Assembly (NCBI GenBank): GCA_013203625.1
Contig: JABMPX010000005.1
Coordinates: 2,305 to 66,304 of the forward strand
Length of the DNA: 64,000 nucleotides
Source of the DNA: Parcubacteria group bacterium
Lineage (GTDB): Bacteria > Patescibacteriota > Minisyncoccia > Portnoybacterales > UBA2143
Direction of reading: 5' to 3'
Under the pieces are notes generated by a model that saw nothing but the letters and a program-made list of their open reading frames with translations, had not been told where the DNA came from and searched no databases. Below are positions 28,798 to 37,650 of the stretch, one piece after another (within the stretch, counting starts at the first letter, position 1; each line of letters opens with the position of its first letter). The translations under genes and the position numbers were made by a program.

Positions 28798-28832
28798 TGA
28801 CATTTTCCGTAATTTTTAGTAGAATAACAATA

Positions 28833-29876
28833 ATGAAAACAAATAAATCACCCAAAGAAAATCAAATAAAAGATGTTGTTTTAGCAATTACTTACCAATG
28901 TAATGCCCATTGTCAGTTTTGCCATATTTGGAAAAACAAAGAGCGATTTTCTTTACAAGCAGGTGATTATAAAAATTTACCACGAAATACAGAAAACATC
29001 AATATCAGCGGAGGAGAACCATTTTTAAGAAACGACTTACCAGCAATTATCCGTACGATTAATCATCAATGTTCTAGAGCTAAAATTATTATTTCTACTA
29101 ACGGCTTTTTACCAAGCACAATTAAAAGGCAAATGCAGGAAATTATTAAATTCAAAAAAGACATTGGAATTGCTGTTTCTTTAGATGGTTTTGGCAAGGT
29201 TCATGAAGATTTAAGAGGATTTCCAGGCGGATTCAGCTTGGTTTTAGAAAGCATCCGTCTTTTAAGAGATTTAGGCATAAAAAATTTGAAGATTGCTTTT
29301 ACTTTAAATAATAAGAATATTAATCAATTAAAAAGAGTTTATCAATTGAGTAAAGAATTAGGCGTGGAATTCAGTTTAGCAGTTTGTCATGACTCTTCCC
29401 ATTATTTTAAAAAGCAAAACAATGAAATTACAAACACTATACAGATTAAAAGACAAATCAGTTGGTTGATTGAAGAAGAGCTAAAGAGTTTTTCTCCAAA
29501 GAAATGGCTAAGAGCTTATTTTGCCTGGGGCATGCTTGGATTTTTAAAGAATAGAAAAAGAGTCTTGCCGGATTATTCTGGTTTAAATTCCTTGTTTATT
29601 GATCCTTTTGGCAATATTTACCCTTCAGATGTTTGGGATATGAAAATTGGCAGGTTGCAAGAAATAAAAAATTGGAATAGTTTTGTTTTAAAGACAAAAG
29701 AAATACTTTTATCTAAAGACAAAGAAAGACCAAATAGTTGGATGATTTGCACAGCTCGTCAGGCAATGAAAAAACATTGGTTGAAAGTCAGCTTGTGGAT
29801 ATTGCAGACAAAATTTTGCAGCAACAAAAAAGTATATGGTTTTACTTTTGTGCAAAATAGAGCAGCAATACAATGA
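28833..29876 (+). CDS. Radical SAM protein in a glycan locus
   Basis: CNAHCQFC (CxxxCxxC), SGGEPF, ISTNG, VSLDG. Confidence 0.9.
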   Translation: MKTNKSPKENQIKDVVLAITYQCNAHCQFCHIWKNKERFSLQAGDYKNLPRNTENINISGGEPFLRNDLPAIIRTINHQCSRAKIIISTNGFLPSTIKRQMQEIIKFKKDIGIAVSLDGFGKVHEDLRGFPGGFSLVLESIRLLRDLGIKNLKIAFTLNNKNINQLKRVYQLSKELGVEFSLAVCHDSSHYFKKQNNEITNTIQIKRQISWLIEEELKSFSPKKWLRAYFAWGMLGFLKNRKRVLPDYSGLNSLFIDPFGNIYPSDVWDMKIGRLQEIKNWNSFVLKTKEILLSKDKERPNSWMICTARQAMKKHWLKVSLWILQTKFCSNKKVYGFTFVQNRAAIQ

Positions 29877-31162
29877 AAATTCTTCAAATAAACAAATTTT
29901 TCTTTTTAAAAGGCGGATCAGAACGATACTTCTTTGATTTATCTGAATTGTTATTTAAAAAAGGGCATGAAGTTATTGTTTGGAGTACACAGAATCCGAA
30001 AAATTTACCTTGGCCTAGACAAGAAAATTTTGCTGAATTCAGTGATTTTTCCAAGAAGCAAGGATTAATAAAAGATTTTAAGAAAGTAAGACGCATTTTT
30101 TGGAATAAAGAAGCTAAAAGAAAATTAGAGAAGATTATTAAAGAAGTCCCGATGGCAAAGTCATCGAGGATCCTCGACGCTGAAAGCGTCGGGAAAAAAC
30201 CAGATATAGCTCATCTACATAATATTTTCAGCCATCTTTCTCCTTCAATAATTTTTGCATTAAAAAAGCATGGCATTCCTATAGTAATGACCTTGCATGA
30301 TTATAAGCTGTTTTGTCCGAATTATCAGTTTTTTTCTCAGGGAGAAACCTGTTTTGATTGTTTGAAGAAAAAAAATTATTCTTCTTGTATATCTAAAAAA
30401 TGCATTAAGAATTCAAGGATTAAAAGCTTGATTGGTTATTTAGAAGCAAAATCACAAAGAGATTTTTTAAAAGTAGCGGATAAAATTAATATTTTTTTAA
30501 CACCGAGTATGTTTATGAAAAGAAAAGCGATAGAATGGGGCATTCCTAATGAAAAAGTTATTCATTTGCCGAATTTTATAGATGAAAATTATATAAGCAA
30601 AAAGTCAGAAAATAAAAAACAATCTAATTACTTTCTTTATTTTGGAAGATTAAGTCATGAAAAAGGAGTAAAGCTTTTAATAAAAGCGTTTTCTAAAACA
30701 AAAGATGAATTATCTGATTGGCAGCTGAAAATAGTTGGCGATGGTCCAGAAAAAGAAAGATTAAAAAATTTAGCCAAAGAACAAAAGCGAATAGAATTTT
30801 TAGGAGGGAAAAAAGGCAAAGAGTTGAAAGAAATAATTATTAATGCTAATTTGGTTGTTATACCTTCTATCTGGCCAGAGAATTTTCCTTATAGCGCTTT
30901 AGAAAGCTTTGCTTTGTCTAAACCAGTAATAGCAGCTAAAAATGGCGGTTTAACAGAATTAATTAAAGACAGAAAAACCGGCTTATTATTCAAATCAGGA
31001 AATGAAAAAGATTTAATAGAAAAACTTATTTGGGCGAATGATTATAAAGAAGAGCTTAAGCAAATGGGTAAAACGGCTAAAAAAGAAGTTTTAGCTCAAT
31101 ATAATCCGGAAAAGCATTATCAAAAGTTGATTAAAGTATATGAAAGAATCAAAAACAATTAA
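29873..31162 (+). CDS. Glycosyltransferase family 4, carrying a 16-aa palindrome-derived insertion
   Basis: GGSERY, HLHNI, TLHDYK, YFGRLS.EKG, PSIWPENFP..LE. Confidence 0.92.
   Translation: MKILQINKFFFLKGGSERYFFDLSELLFKKGHEVIVWSTQNPKNLPWPRQENFAEFSDFSKKQGLIKDFKKVRRIFWNKEAKRKLEKIIKEVPMAKSSRILDAESVGKKPDIAHLHNIFSHLSPSIIFALKKHGIPIVMTLHDYKLFCPNYQFFSQGETCFDCLKKKNYSSCISKKCIKNSRIKSLIGYLEAKSQRDFLKVADKINIFLTPSMFMKRKAIEWGIPNEKVIHLPNFIDENYISKKSENKKQSNYFLYFGRLSHEKGVKLLIKAFSKTKDELSDWQLKIVGDGPEKERLKNLAKEQKRIEFLGGKKGKELKEIIINANLVVIPSIWPENFPYSALESFALSKPVIAAKNGGLTELIKDRKTGLLFKSGNEKDLIEKLIWANDYKEELKQMGKTAKKEVLAQYNPEKHYQKLIKVYERIKNN
30147..30194. repeat. 48-bp palindromic element inserted in frame in the GT4 gene
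   Basis: TCCCGA...TCGGGA terminal inverted repeat, two internal hairpins, central palindrome TCGAGGATCCTCGA; GC-rich in an AT-rich gene. Confidence 0.85.
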
Positions 31163-32510
31163 AATTTTAATAGGATTATCATTGATCTTGCTTATAGCAG
31201 GCGGTTTTATGTTTTATCAAAAAGGATGGATTAAGGAAATCTCTTTAAGCTCATTAAGCGATAGCTTAAGATTAAACAAAGATAAGCTTGAACAATTATC
31301 TCTTTTAAAGATAATTCCAGAAATAGCTGGTTTTGGCAAAGAAAAAACATATTTGTTGCTTTTTCAAAATAATTTAGAAATAAGGCCTAGTGGCGGCTAT
31401 TTAGGAACTTTTGGAATTTTAAAAGTAAAAAATGGCCAGCCATGTTTTTTTGAAGTTCATGATACTAATATTTTTGATGGATTTGGCACAATTAAAACAG
31501 AACCGCCTCAGCCAATAAAGGATTATCTTAAAATAGATAATTGGCAAATGAGAGATGGGAACTGGTCTCCTGATTGGCCAACTTCAGCTCAGCAAGTTGA
31601 ATATTTTTATCAAATCCAGGGCGGTGAGGAGAAATTTGACGGGATTATTGGAATTAACGCTGCAATTCTGCCTAATTTATTAAAATTAACAGGCCCAATT
31701 TATTTAGAAGAATTTGATAAGGAATTTAAAGCAGAAGATGTTCTTTATGAATTAGAATATGAAGTAGAAAAAGGATATGTTCAGCGCGGAATAATTCCAG
31801 GAGAAAGAAAATCAATTTTTAAAGCATTAATTAAGAAAGTATTAGAGCAAGTAGTTCAAGATAATTTTTGGGAACAGAAAGAATTAAAGAATTTTGCTAT
31901 AAATGAACTGGATAAAAAAAATGTTCTGGTATTTTTTAAGGATGCTGAACTTCAAGGAACAATGGTTAAATTTGAATGGGCTGGATTAGTTAATCAATCA
32001 GAACAAGATGATTATTTAATGATTAATGAAGCTAATTTAGCTTCTAAAAAAAGCAGCGCTTTTGTTAAAAGGCAAATTGAATATTCTGTTGATTTGACAG
32101 GAACCAGGCCTTTGGTGAATTTGAAAATTAAGTTCACTCATAAAGGTGGAGACAAAGATTGGTTTAATGATGATTATCGTTCTTATTTAAGAATTTATGC
32201 GCCAAAAGGCAGCTGGTTTTTAAAAGCAAAAGGAGTAGAAAATGGAACAAAATTTCTTGATGAATTAAATAAAACAGTTTTTGGCAATTTAATAATCGTG
32301 CCAACTGGGCAAGAAAAAACAATTGAATTTACTTATCTTTTACCAGAAAGAATAGAGCAAAAGGATGATTATAGTATTTTAGTTCAGAAACAATCAGGCA
32401 TAGATAATATCCCTTTCAAGTTAGTCCTAAAAGATGTTAATCAAAAAGAATATATTAGAGAAAAAATTATTGAAAAAGATTACGAGGAGGAAATCTTATT
32501 TATAAGATGA
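31140..32510 (+). CDS. DUF4012-like membrane-anchored protein
   Basis: YLLLFQNNLEIRPSGG, NWSPDWPTSA, DGIIGI, YLRIYAPKGS, QKQSG. Confidence 0.85.
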   Translation: MKESKTIKILIGLSLILLIAGGFMFYQKGWIKEISLSSLSDSLRLNKDKLEQLSLLKIIPEIAGFGKEKTYLLLFQNNLEIRPSGGYLGTFGILKVKNGQPCFFEVHDTNIFDGFGTIKTEPPQPIKDYLKIDNWQMRDGNWSPDWPTSAQQVEYFYQIQGGEEKFDGIIGINAAILPNLLKLTGPIYLEEFDKEFKAEDVLYELEYEVEKGYVQRGIIPGERKSIFKALIKKVLEQVVQDNFWEQKELKNFAINELDKKNVLVFFKDAELQGTMVKFEWAGLVNQSEQDDYLMINEANLASKKSSAFVKRQIEYSVDLTGTRPLVNLKIKFTHKGGDKDWFNDDYRSYLRIYAPKGSWFLKAKGVENGTKFLDELNKTVFGNLIIVPTGQEKTIEFTYLLPERIEQKDDYSILVQKQSGIDNIPFKLVLKDVNQKEYIREKIIEKDYEEEILFIR

Positions 32511-33622
32511 AAATAGCAATGATTGGTCAAAAAGGCATACCTACGCTTTTTGGAGGAATAGAGCGCCATGTTGAGGGGATTTCTTTAAATTTGGCTCAAA
32601 AAAAAGATCCAGCTGGCTTGCTATACCAAGTATTTGTCTATGCCAGGCCTTATTACACTCCTAAAAAAATCAAGCAGTATAAAAAAGTAAATGTTGTTCA
32701 TTTGCCAAGCTTAAAAACAAAACATTTAGATGCTATTAGTCATGTTTTTTTGGCTAGCTGGCATGCTATTTTTAAAATTAAGCCGGACATTATTCACTAT
32801 CATGGCATTGGACCAGGTTTATGTGTTTGGATACCTAAATTATTTAGTCCAAAAACAAAAGTTATTTTCACTTTCCATTGTAGGGATTATTTTCATAAAA
32901 AATGGGGTGGGTTTGCCCGATTGTCTTTGAAAATAGGGGAAATGATTAGCTGTTATTTAGCTGATGAGGTTATTCCAGTTTCTTTGGAAATACAAAAATA
33001 TATTGAGGAAAAATATAATCGTCAGACCAATTTTATTCCGCATGGAGTTAATCAAGAAAAATTTACTCCAGCTGAAATAATTAAAAAATGGGGATTGGAA
33101 AAAGATGATTATATTATAGCAGTTAGCCGTTTAATTAAGCACAAGGGCATTCATTATTTAATTAAAGCTTTTCAGAATATTAAAACTAAAAAGAAATTAG
33201 TCATTGTTGGGCCTTGTTTTTATACTGAAAAATATGAACAAAAACTTAAGCAAATAGCTAAAAACGATTCAAGAATTCTCTTTTTGGGAACTCAGCAAGG
33301 AAAAGCATTAAAAGAACTTTTCAGCAATGCGTATTTTTTTGTTAATCCTTCAGAACAGGAAGGATTGCCTTTTACAGTTTTAGAAGCAGCTAGTTTTAAT
33401 CAAGCGCTTTTAATTTCAAATATTCCTATTCACCAAAAAATGTTTGGAGATTTACCTTTTTTCTTTGAGAATAAAAACATTAAAGATTTAAAAGAAAAAA
33501 TAGAATTTCTTTTAAAAAATCCTCAATTGGTCTGTGAAAGAGCAAGAAAACTTAGAGATTATGCCAGACAAAATTATAATTGGGACGAGGTTGTGGAAAG
33601 AACAATTTTGATATATATTTAA
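32507..33622 (+). CDS. Glycosyltransferase family 4
   Basis: MKIAMIGQKGIP..GGIERHV, PSEQEGLP..LEA. Confidence 0.92.
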   Translation: MKIAMIGQKGIPTLFGGIERHVEGISLNLAQKKDPAGLLYQVFVYARPYYTPKKIKQYKKVNVVHLPSLKTKHLDAISHVFLASWHAIFKIKPDIIHYHGIGPGLCVWIPKLFSPKTKVIFTFHCRDYFHKKWGGFARLSLKIGEMISCYLADEVIPVSLEIQKYIEEKYNRQTNFIPHGVNQEKFTPAEIIKKWGLEKDDYIIAVSRLIKHKGIHYLIKAFQNIKTKKKLVIVGPCFYTEKYEQKLKQIAKNDSRILFLGTQQGKALKELFSNAYFFVNPSEQEGLPFTVLEAASFNQALLISNIPIHQKMFGDLPFFFENKNIKDLKEKIEFLLKNPQLVCERARKLRDYARQNYNWDEVVERTILIYI

Positions 33623-33641
33623 TTTGTGGTAAAATTTAGAA

Positions 33642-34388
33642 ATGCATAGAAACCGCATCACACAATCAGTTATTTTAGGTTTAACCACTTTTGTAGCTGC
33701 CTTTGCTTGGATTGGCTTAAAAGGAGTTTTATTTGAAAATGGAAATTGGATCTGGCCAAGCAGCGGCTTTTTAATTTTACTTATTTTTCTTGGATTAGGC
33801 TGGTTAATAACAAAATCAAAAGCAATTTTATTTATCAGTTTATCAATTATCTTAATCTGTTTTTTCTTTTCTTTTGGCTTTAAATTGGAATATTTAGCGG
33901 TTATTTTAATCGCTTTATTGCTTTTTGTCTTTGGTTCCTGTATGGCAATTAATGAAAAAGAAATTAGAATTAAGATTGAAGTAAGAAGAATTCTTAAAAG
34001 AGGACTGCCAACTGTTTTAACTGGATTGTGTTTAATTATTGCCGCAGCTTACTACTTTTCTCCTTTAGCTCTATATGGTCAAAATAAGATTGAAATGCCT
34101 CGGCCTTTGTTTGATATAATTATCGGTCCAGTAACAGGCATGAATGATGAATTTAAAGATGATTTTTATCAAACAATTAATCAGGAAATTAACAGACATA
34201 GCCAGTCCTATAAACAATACTTTTCTCTTGGCTTGACTGCAGGTTTCTTTTTTGCTTTAAGAACAGTAGCCGTTGTTTTTAGTTGGTTGGTTATTTTATT
34301 AACCTCGTTGATTTTTAAAATTTTAGTTTCTCTAGGAGCAATTAAAATACAAGAAAAAGCAGTTTTGAAAGAAGTAATTGAAATTTAA
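33642..34388 (+). CDS. Hypothetical multi-pass membrane protein
   Basis: About 6 TM helices; no recognisable catalytic motif. Confidence 0.7.
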   Translation: MHRNRITQSVILGLTTFVAAFAWIGLKGVLFENGNWIWPSSGFLILLIFLGLGWLITKSKAILFISLSIILICFFFSFGFKLEYLAVILIALLLFVFGSCMAINEKEIRIKIEVRRILKRGLPTVLTGLCLIIAAAYYFSPLALYGQNKIEMPRPLFDIIIGPVTGMNDEFKDDFYQTINQEINRHSQSYKQYFSLGLTAGFFFALRTVAVVFSWLVILLTSLIFKILVSLGAIKIQEKAVLKEVIEI

Positions 34389-34395
34389 ATTTTTT

Positions 34396-35487
34396 ATGCC
34401 TAAAGATTATTATGAAATTCTTGGCGTTCCTCGCAGCGCGTCAGAGCAGGAAATAAAAAAGACATATCGAAAATTAGCTCTTAAATATCATCCTGATCGC
34501 GCGCCAAAAGATAAAAAAAAGGAATACGAAGAAAAATTTAAAAAAATCAGCCAGGCCTACGGGGTTCTTTCTGATAAAGACAAAAAAGCTCAATATGACC
34601 AATATGGTCAGACATTTGATGGAGCGCAAGGAATGCCTTTTGGCCAACAAGATTTCCATTCTTTCCATGAAGCATTTGGTGGACAGGATATTTTTGAAGA
34701 TTTAGGTTTCGGAAGAATTTTTGAAGAGATGTTCGGTTTTAGGCAAAGAACAGGAACAAAGCCAGATGTTCAATATGGCCAGGATATTTCTTTAGATATG
34801 GAAATTGATTTAGAAGATTCTTTTCATGGCATTGAAAAAGAGATTAGTTTGCGAAAAATGGTTGTTTGTCAAGAATGCAATGGCAAAGGAGGCAAGTTGC
34901 TGAAAAAATGTTCAGCTTGCGAAGGAAGTGGGTATGAACAAGTAAGTAATAGAAGCTTATTTGGTATTTTTATTCAACAAAGACCATGTTCTAAATGTTA
35001 TGGCAGGGGAGAAATGCCTGAAAAAACTTGTGCAGAATGCCGCGGCCAAGGACGAATCAAACAAGCTGAAAAAATTAAAATAACTGTTCCTTTTGGCATT
35101 GAAAACGGACAGGTTTTAAAACTAACAGGCCAGGGGGAAGCAGGCCCTTATAATGTGCCAGCTGGCGATTTGTTTGTTAATATTCATATACGGCCTCATA
35201 AGCATTTTCAGCGCCAGGGAGTAAATTTAATATTAAATCTAGATATTAACTTTTCTCAAGCTGCTTTAGGTGATAAAATAGAAATACCATTATTAGATGG
35301 AAAAGTTAATTTAAAGATTCCGTCTGGCATTCAGCCAGGAGAGATGATAGAGTTAAAAGGCAAGGGCATGCCTAAATTATACGGAAAAGGACAAGGAAAT
35401 TTAATTGTTAAAATTCAAGTAAATGTTCCTAAAAAAGTATCTCGCAGACAGAGAAATATTATAGAGGAGTTAAAAAAAGAAATTTAA
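34396..35487 (+). CDS. dnaJ: Chaperone DnaJ
   Basis: [13 protein letters not shown] region, four CxxCxGxG repeats. Confidence 0.97.
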   Translation: MPKDYYEILGVPRSASEQEIKKTYRKLALKYHPDRAPKDKKKEYEEKFKKISQAYGVLSDKDKKAQYDQYGQTFDGAQGMPFGQQDFHSFHEAFGGQDIFEDLGFGRIFEEMFGFRQRTGTKPDVQYGQDISLDMEIDLEDSFHGIEKEISLRKMVVCQECNGKGGKLLKKCSACEGSGYEQVSNRSLFGIFIQQRPCSKCYGRGEMPEKTCAECRGQGRIKQAEKIKITVPFGIENGQVLKLTGQGEAGPYNVPAGDLFVNIHIRPHKHFQRQGVNLILNLDINFSQAALGDKIEIPLLDGKVNLKIPSGIQPGEMIELKGKGMPKLYGKGQGNLIVKIQVNVPKKVSRRQRNIIEELKKEI

Positions 35488-35492
35488 TTTTT

Positions 35493-36029
35493 ATGCGTGA
35501 GTTTTTAACTAATTTTCATATTGGCGCGGCTTCAGGATGGGATTTATTTATTATCCTGATTTTTCTGATTGCTGTTCTTGTTTATGGTTTTTTCTTGGGC
35601 CGCAATAGAATGATTATTTTGCTTTTAAGCAGTTATTTTTCTTTGGCTATTATTCAAGTTTTTCCGTGGATAAAATTAAGCTCTTTGGGCTGGTTAGGTA
35701 TTGATGCAGAACCTTCATCTTCCTTGAAAATTTTAATCTTTTTGGGTATTATTTTATTATTATATTTTTTAATTCCTCGTTCTATACTTACTTCAACTTT
35801 AAGGATTAAAAGAAGGGGAGAGGCGTCTTGGCTGCGATTGTTTATTTTAAGCATTGCTCAAGTTGGGTTATTAGCTATGATTATTCTTTCTTTTTTATCA
35901 ATCCAAGTAATTAGCGATCTTGGCTATTGGATTAAAAAGATATTTATTGGTCCAGAAGCTCAATTTGTCTGGATTACTCTGCCGATTATAGTTATAATTT
36001 TAATGCGCAGGAAGAAAAAAGCGGAATAA
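35493..36029 (+). CDS. Membrane protein, CvpA-like
   Basis: DLFIILIF..YGFFLG N-terminus, about 5 TM helices. Confidence 0.5.
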   Translation: MREFLTNFHIGAASGWDLFIILIFLIAVLVYGFFLGRNRMIILLLSSYFSLAIIQVFPWIKLSSLGWLGIDAEPSSSLKILIFLGIILLLYFLIPRSILTSTLRIKRRGEASWLRLFILSIAQVGLLAMIILSFLSIQVISDLGYWIKKIFIGPEAQFVWITLPIIVIILMRRKKKAE

Positions 36030-36035
36030 AAATAA

Positions 36036-36109
36036 GCGCCGTTAGCTCAGCCCGGTAGAGCAATTGCCTTTTAAGCAACTGGTCGGGGGTTCGAATCCCT
36101 CACGGCGCA
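36036..36109 (+). tRNA. tRNA-Lys(TTT), no encoded CCA
   Basis: GCGCCGT/ACGGCGC stem, anticodon loop CTTTTAA, GGTTCGAATCC. Confidence 0.95.
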
Positions 36110-36168
36110 CTGGGAATATATGAATTTAATGTTGACATTAGTTTTAGTTGTTAGTAAAATATCAATAT

Positions 36169-36417
36169 ATGAATAAATCTTTTTTATCTAAAATTAAAGA
36201 CAATCGTTTTCCTTTAGTGGTTGAAAAAGACGAAGATGGTTTTTATGTGGTTGAATGCACTCTTTTTAAGGGTTGTTATTCTCAAGGGAAAACATTAGAT
36301 AAGGCCTTAGAAAATATTAAGGAGGTTATTGAGCTTTGTTTGGAGGAAAAAGAAAATCAGGAAATAATAAAATCATATAAGCCTAAAGAATTAAGTCTGC
36401 ATACTATTACGCTTTAA
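36169..36417 (+). CDS. hicB: HicB family antitoxin (short, no DNA-binding domain)
   Basis: VEKDEDGFYVVEC..GCYSQGKTLDKALENIKEVI. Confidence 0.9.
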   Translation: MNKSFLSKIKDNRFPLVVEKDEDGFYVVECTLFKGCYSQGKTLDKALENIKEVIELCLEEKENQEIIKSYKPKELSLHTITL

Positions 36418-36420
36418 TTT

Positions 36421-36645
36421 ATGGCGAAATTACCATCAATTTCTGGAAAAAAAGCAATAAAAACATTTGAAAAAATTGGCTACCAAATAATTAGAAAAAA
36501 AGGTAGTCATTTTCGTTTATATCATCCAAATAAAGAGCCAATAACTATTCCTAATCACAAAAATTTAGCTAAAGGGCTTTTAAGAAAAATATTAAGAGAT
36601 GCGGAAATTTCTGTTAAAGAGTTTATTGACTTGCTTAAAAGATAA
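36421..36645 (+). CDS. hicA: HicA family toxin (mRNA interferase)
   Basis: KGSH, ITIPNH, GLLRKILRDA. Confidence 0.92.
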   Translation: MAKLPSISGKKAIKTFEKIGYQIIRKKGSHFRLYHPNKEPITIPNHKNLAKGLLRKILRDAEISVKEFIDLLKR

Positions 36646-36768
36646 TTTCAGAGGCCGTGCACATTACCACTAAAAATTGACAGGATAATATATTTATGTT
36701 ATCCTATTTTTAATAGTTCATAGTAGTTCATAAAAAACTGAATAAAAAACTTTAGACAGGAGGTTGTT

Positions 36769-37074
36769 ATGGAAAAGGTTCTTTTAAGAAATGGAAGTGA
36801 AATAGACAAGAATATTGTTGTTGCGATAATGGTGGGAATGGAAATGTTATTGAAAACCGAAAATCCAATGGACAAACACATACTTCTTTATGAGCTGAGA
36901 GAAAGATGTAAAAATCCGAATCATGAATTCTACGCTGATTCGGAAGAAAAACTGAAACAGTATGGATTAATCCAATCCATTGGAATCCATGAATCGGCTC
37001 GTAATATTATTCTGTCAGCCATCAAAGAAGAAGAAGGTGGCGCTATAATGACCTGGGAATCTCCCATGGCATAG
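36769..37074 (+). CDS. Hypothetical protein
   Basis: 101-aa ORF with SD AGGAGGT and its own TTGACA-17-TATCCT promoter. Confidence 0.7.
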   Translation: MEKVLLRNGSEIDKNIVVAIMVGMEMLLKTENPMDKHILLYELRERCKNPNHEFYADSEEKLKQYGLIQSIGIHESARNIILSAIKEEEGGAIMTWESPMA

Positions 37075-37108
37075 AGGGTTAACTCTTAACGAAAAATAAG
37101 GAGGAATT

Positions 37109-37549
37109 GTGATGGAAAAAGATTGTCCGTTTTGCAATACAGAACAGATGGAAAAAAGTGCGATTTTTCCTAATCCTGACAAATACGAAGATTGGGAAAC
37201 ACAAGGAAACGTTTTTGTTATAAATGTCCTTGCTCCTGCCATGAAAGGACACTGTATGGTCATTCCCCGGGGACATGTAGAATGTCTTTCTGAATTATCG
37301 TCAACCGAAGTTTCAGAACTGTTCCGAGTTGCTGAGAGAACTATTGAAAAATTGAAAGGCCACTTCGGATACGAAGCATTTACGCCTTTCTGGCTTGTGG
37401 GAAGATATAGAACCGTGCCTCATTTTCACCTCCACATTGTTCCGGACATGATTATCAAAAGCCGGAGCCAAGAGGAAAAGGAGGCAACTAAACTTAACCC
37501 TGAACAGAGAGAAAATTTGGTTCAGGAGTTAAGAACAGTCTTATCTTGA
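37109..37549 (+). CDS. HIT family nucleotide hydrolase
   Basis: CPFC, GHCMVIPRGH, HFHLHIV triad. Confidence 0.9.
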   Translation: MMEKDCPFCNTEQMEKSAIFPNPDKYEDWETQGNVFVINVLAPAMKGHCMVIPRGHVECLSELSSTEVSELFRVAERTIEKLKGHFGYEAFTPFWLVGRYRTVPHFHLHIVPDMIIKSRSQEEKEATKLNPEQRENLVQELRTVLS

Positions 37550-37563
37550 AAGAAACTTTCATT

Positions 37564-37604
37564 AAGCGCCTAGTTCCTAAATTTGGAACCAAGGCGCTTT
37601 TTTT
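37564..37604 (+). terminator. Intrinsic terminator
   Basis: AAGCGCCT.GTTCC / GGAAC.AGGCGCTT followed by T-run. Confidence 0.8.
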
Positions 37605-37650
37605 ATTAACAATTGATTGTTTTGGGGATTTTTGTTAAAATATTGATAAT

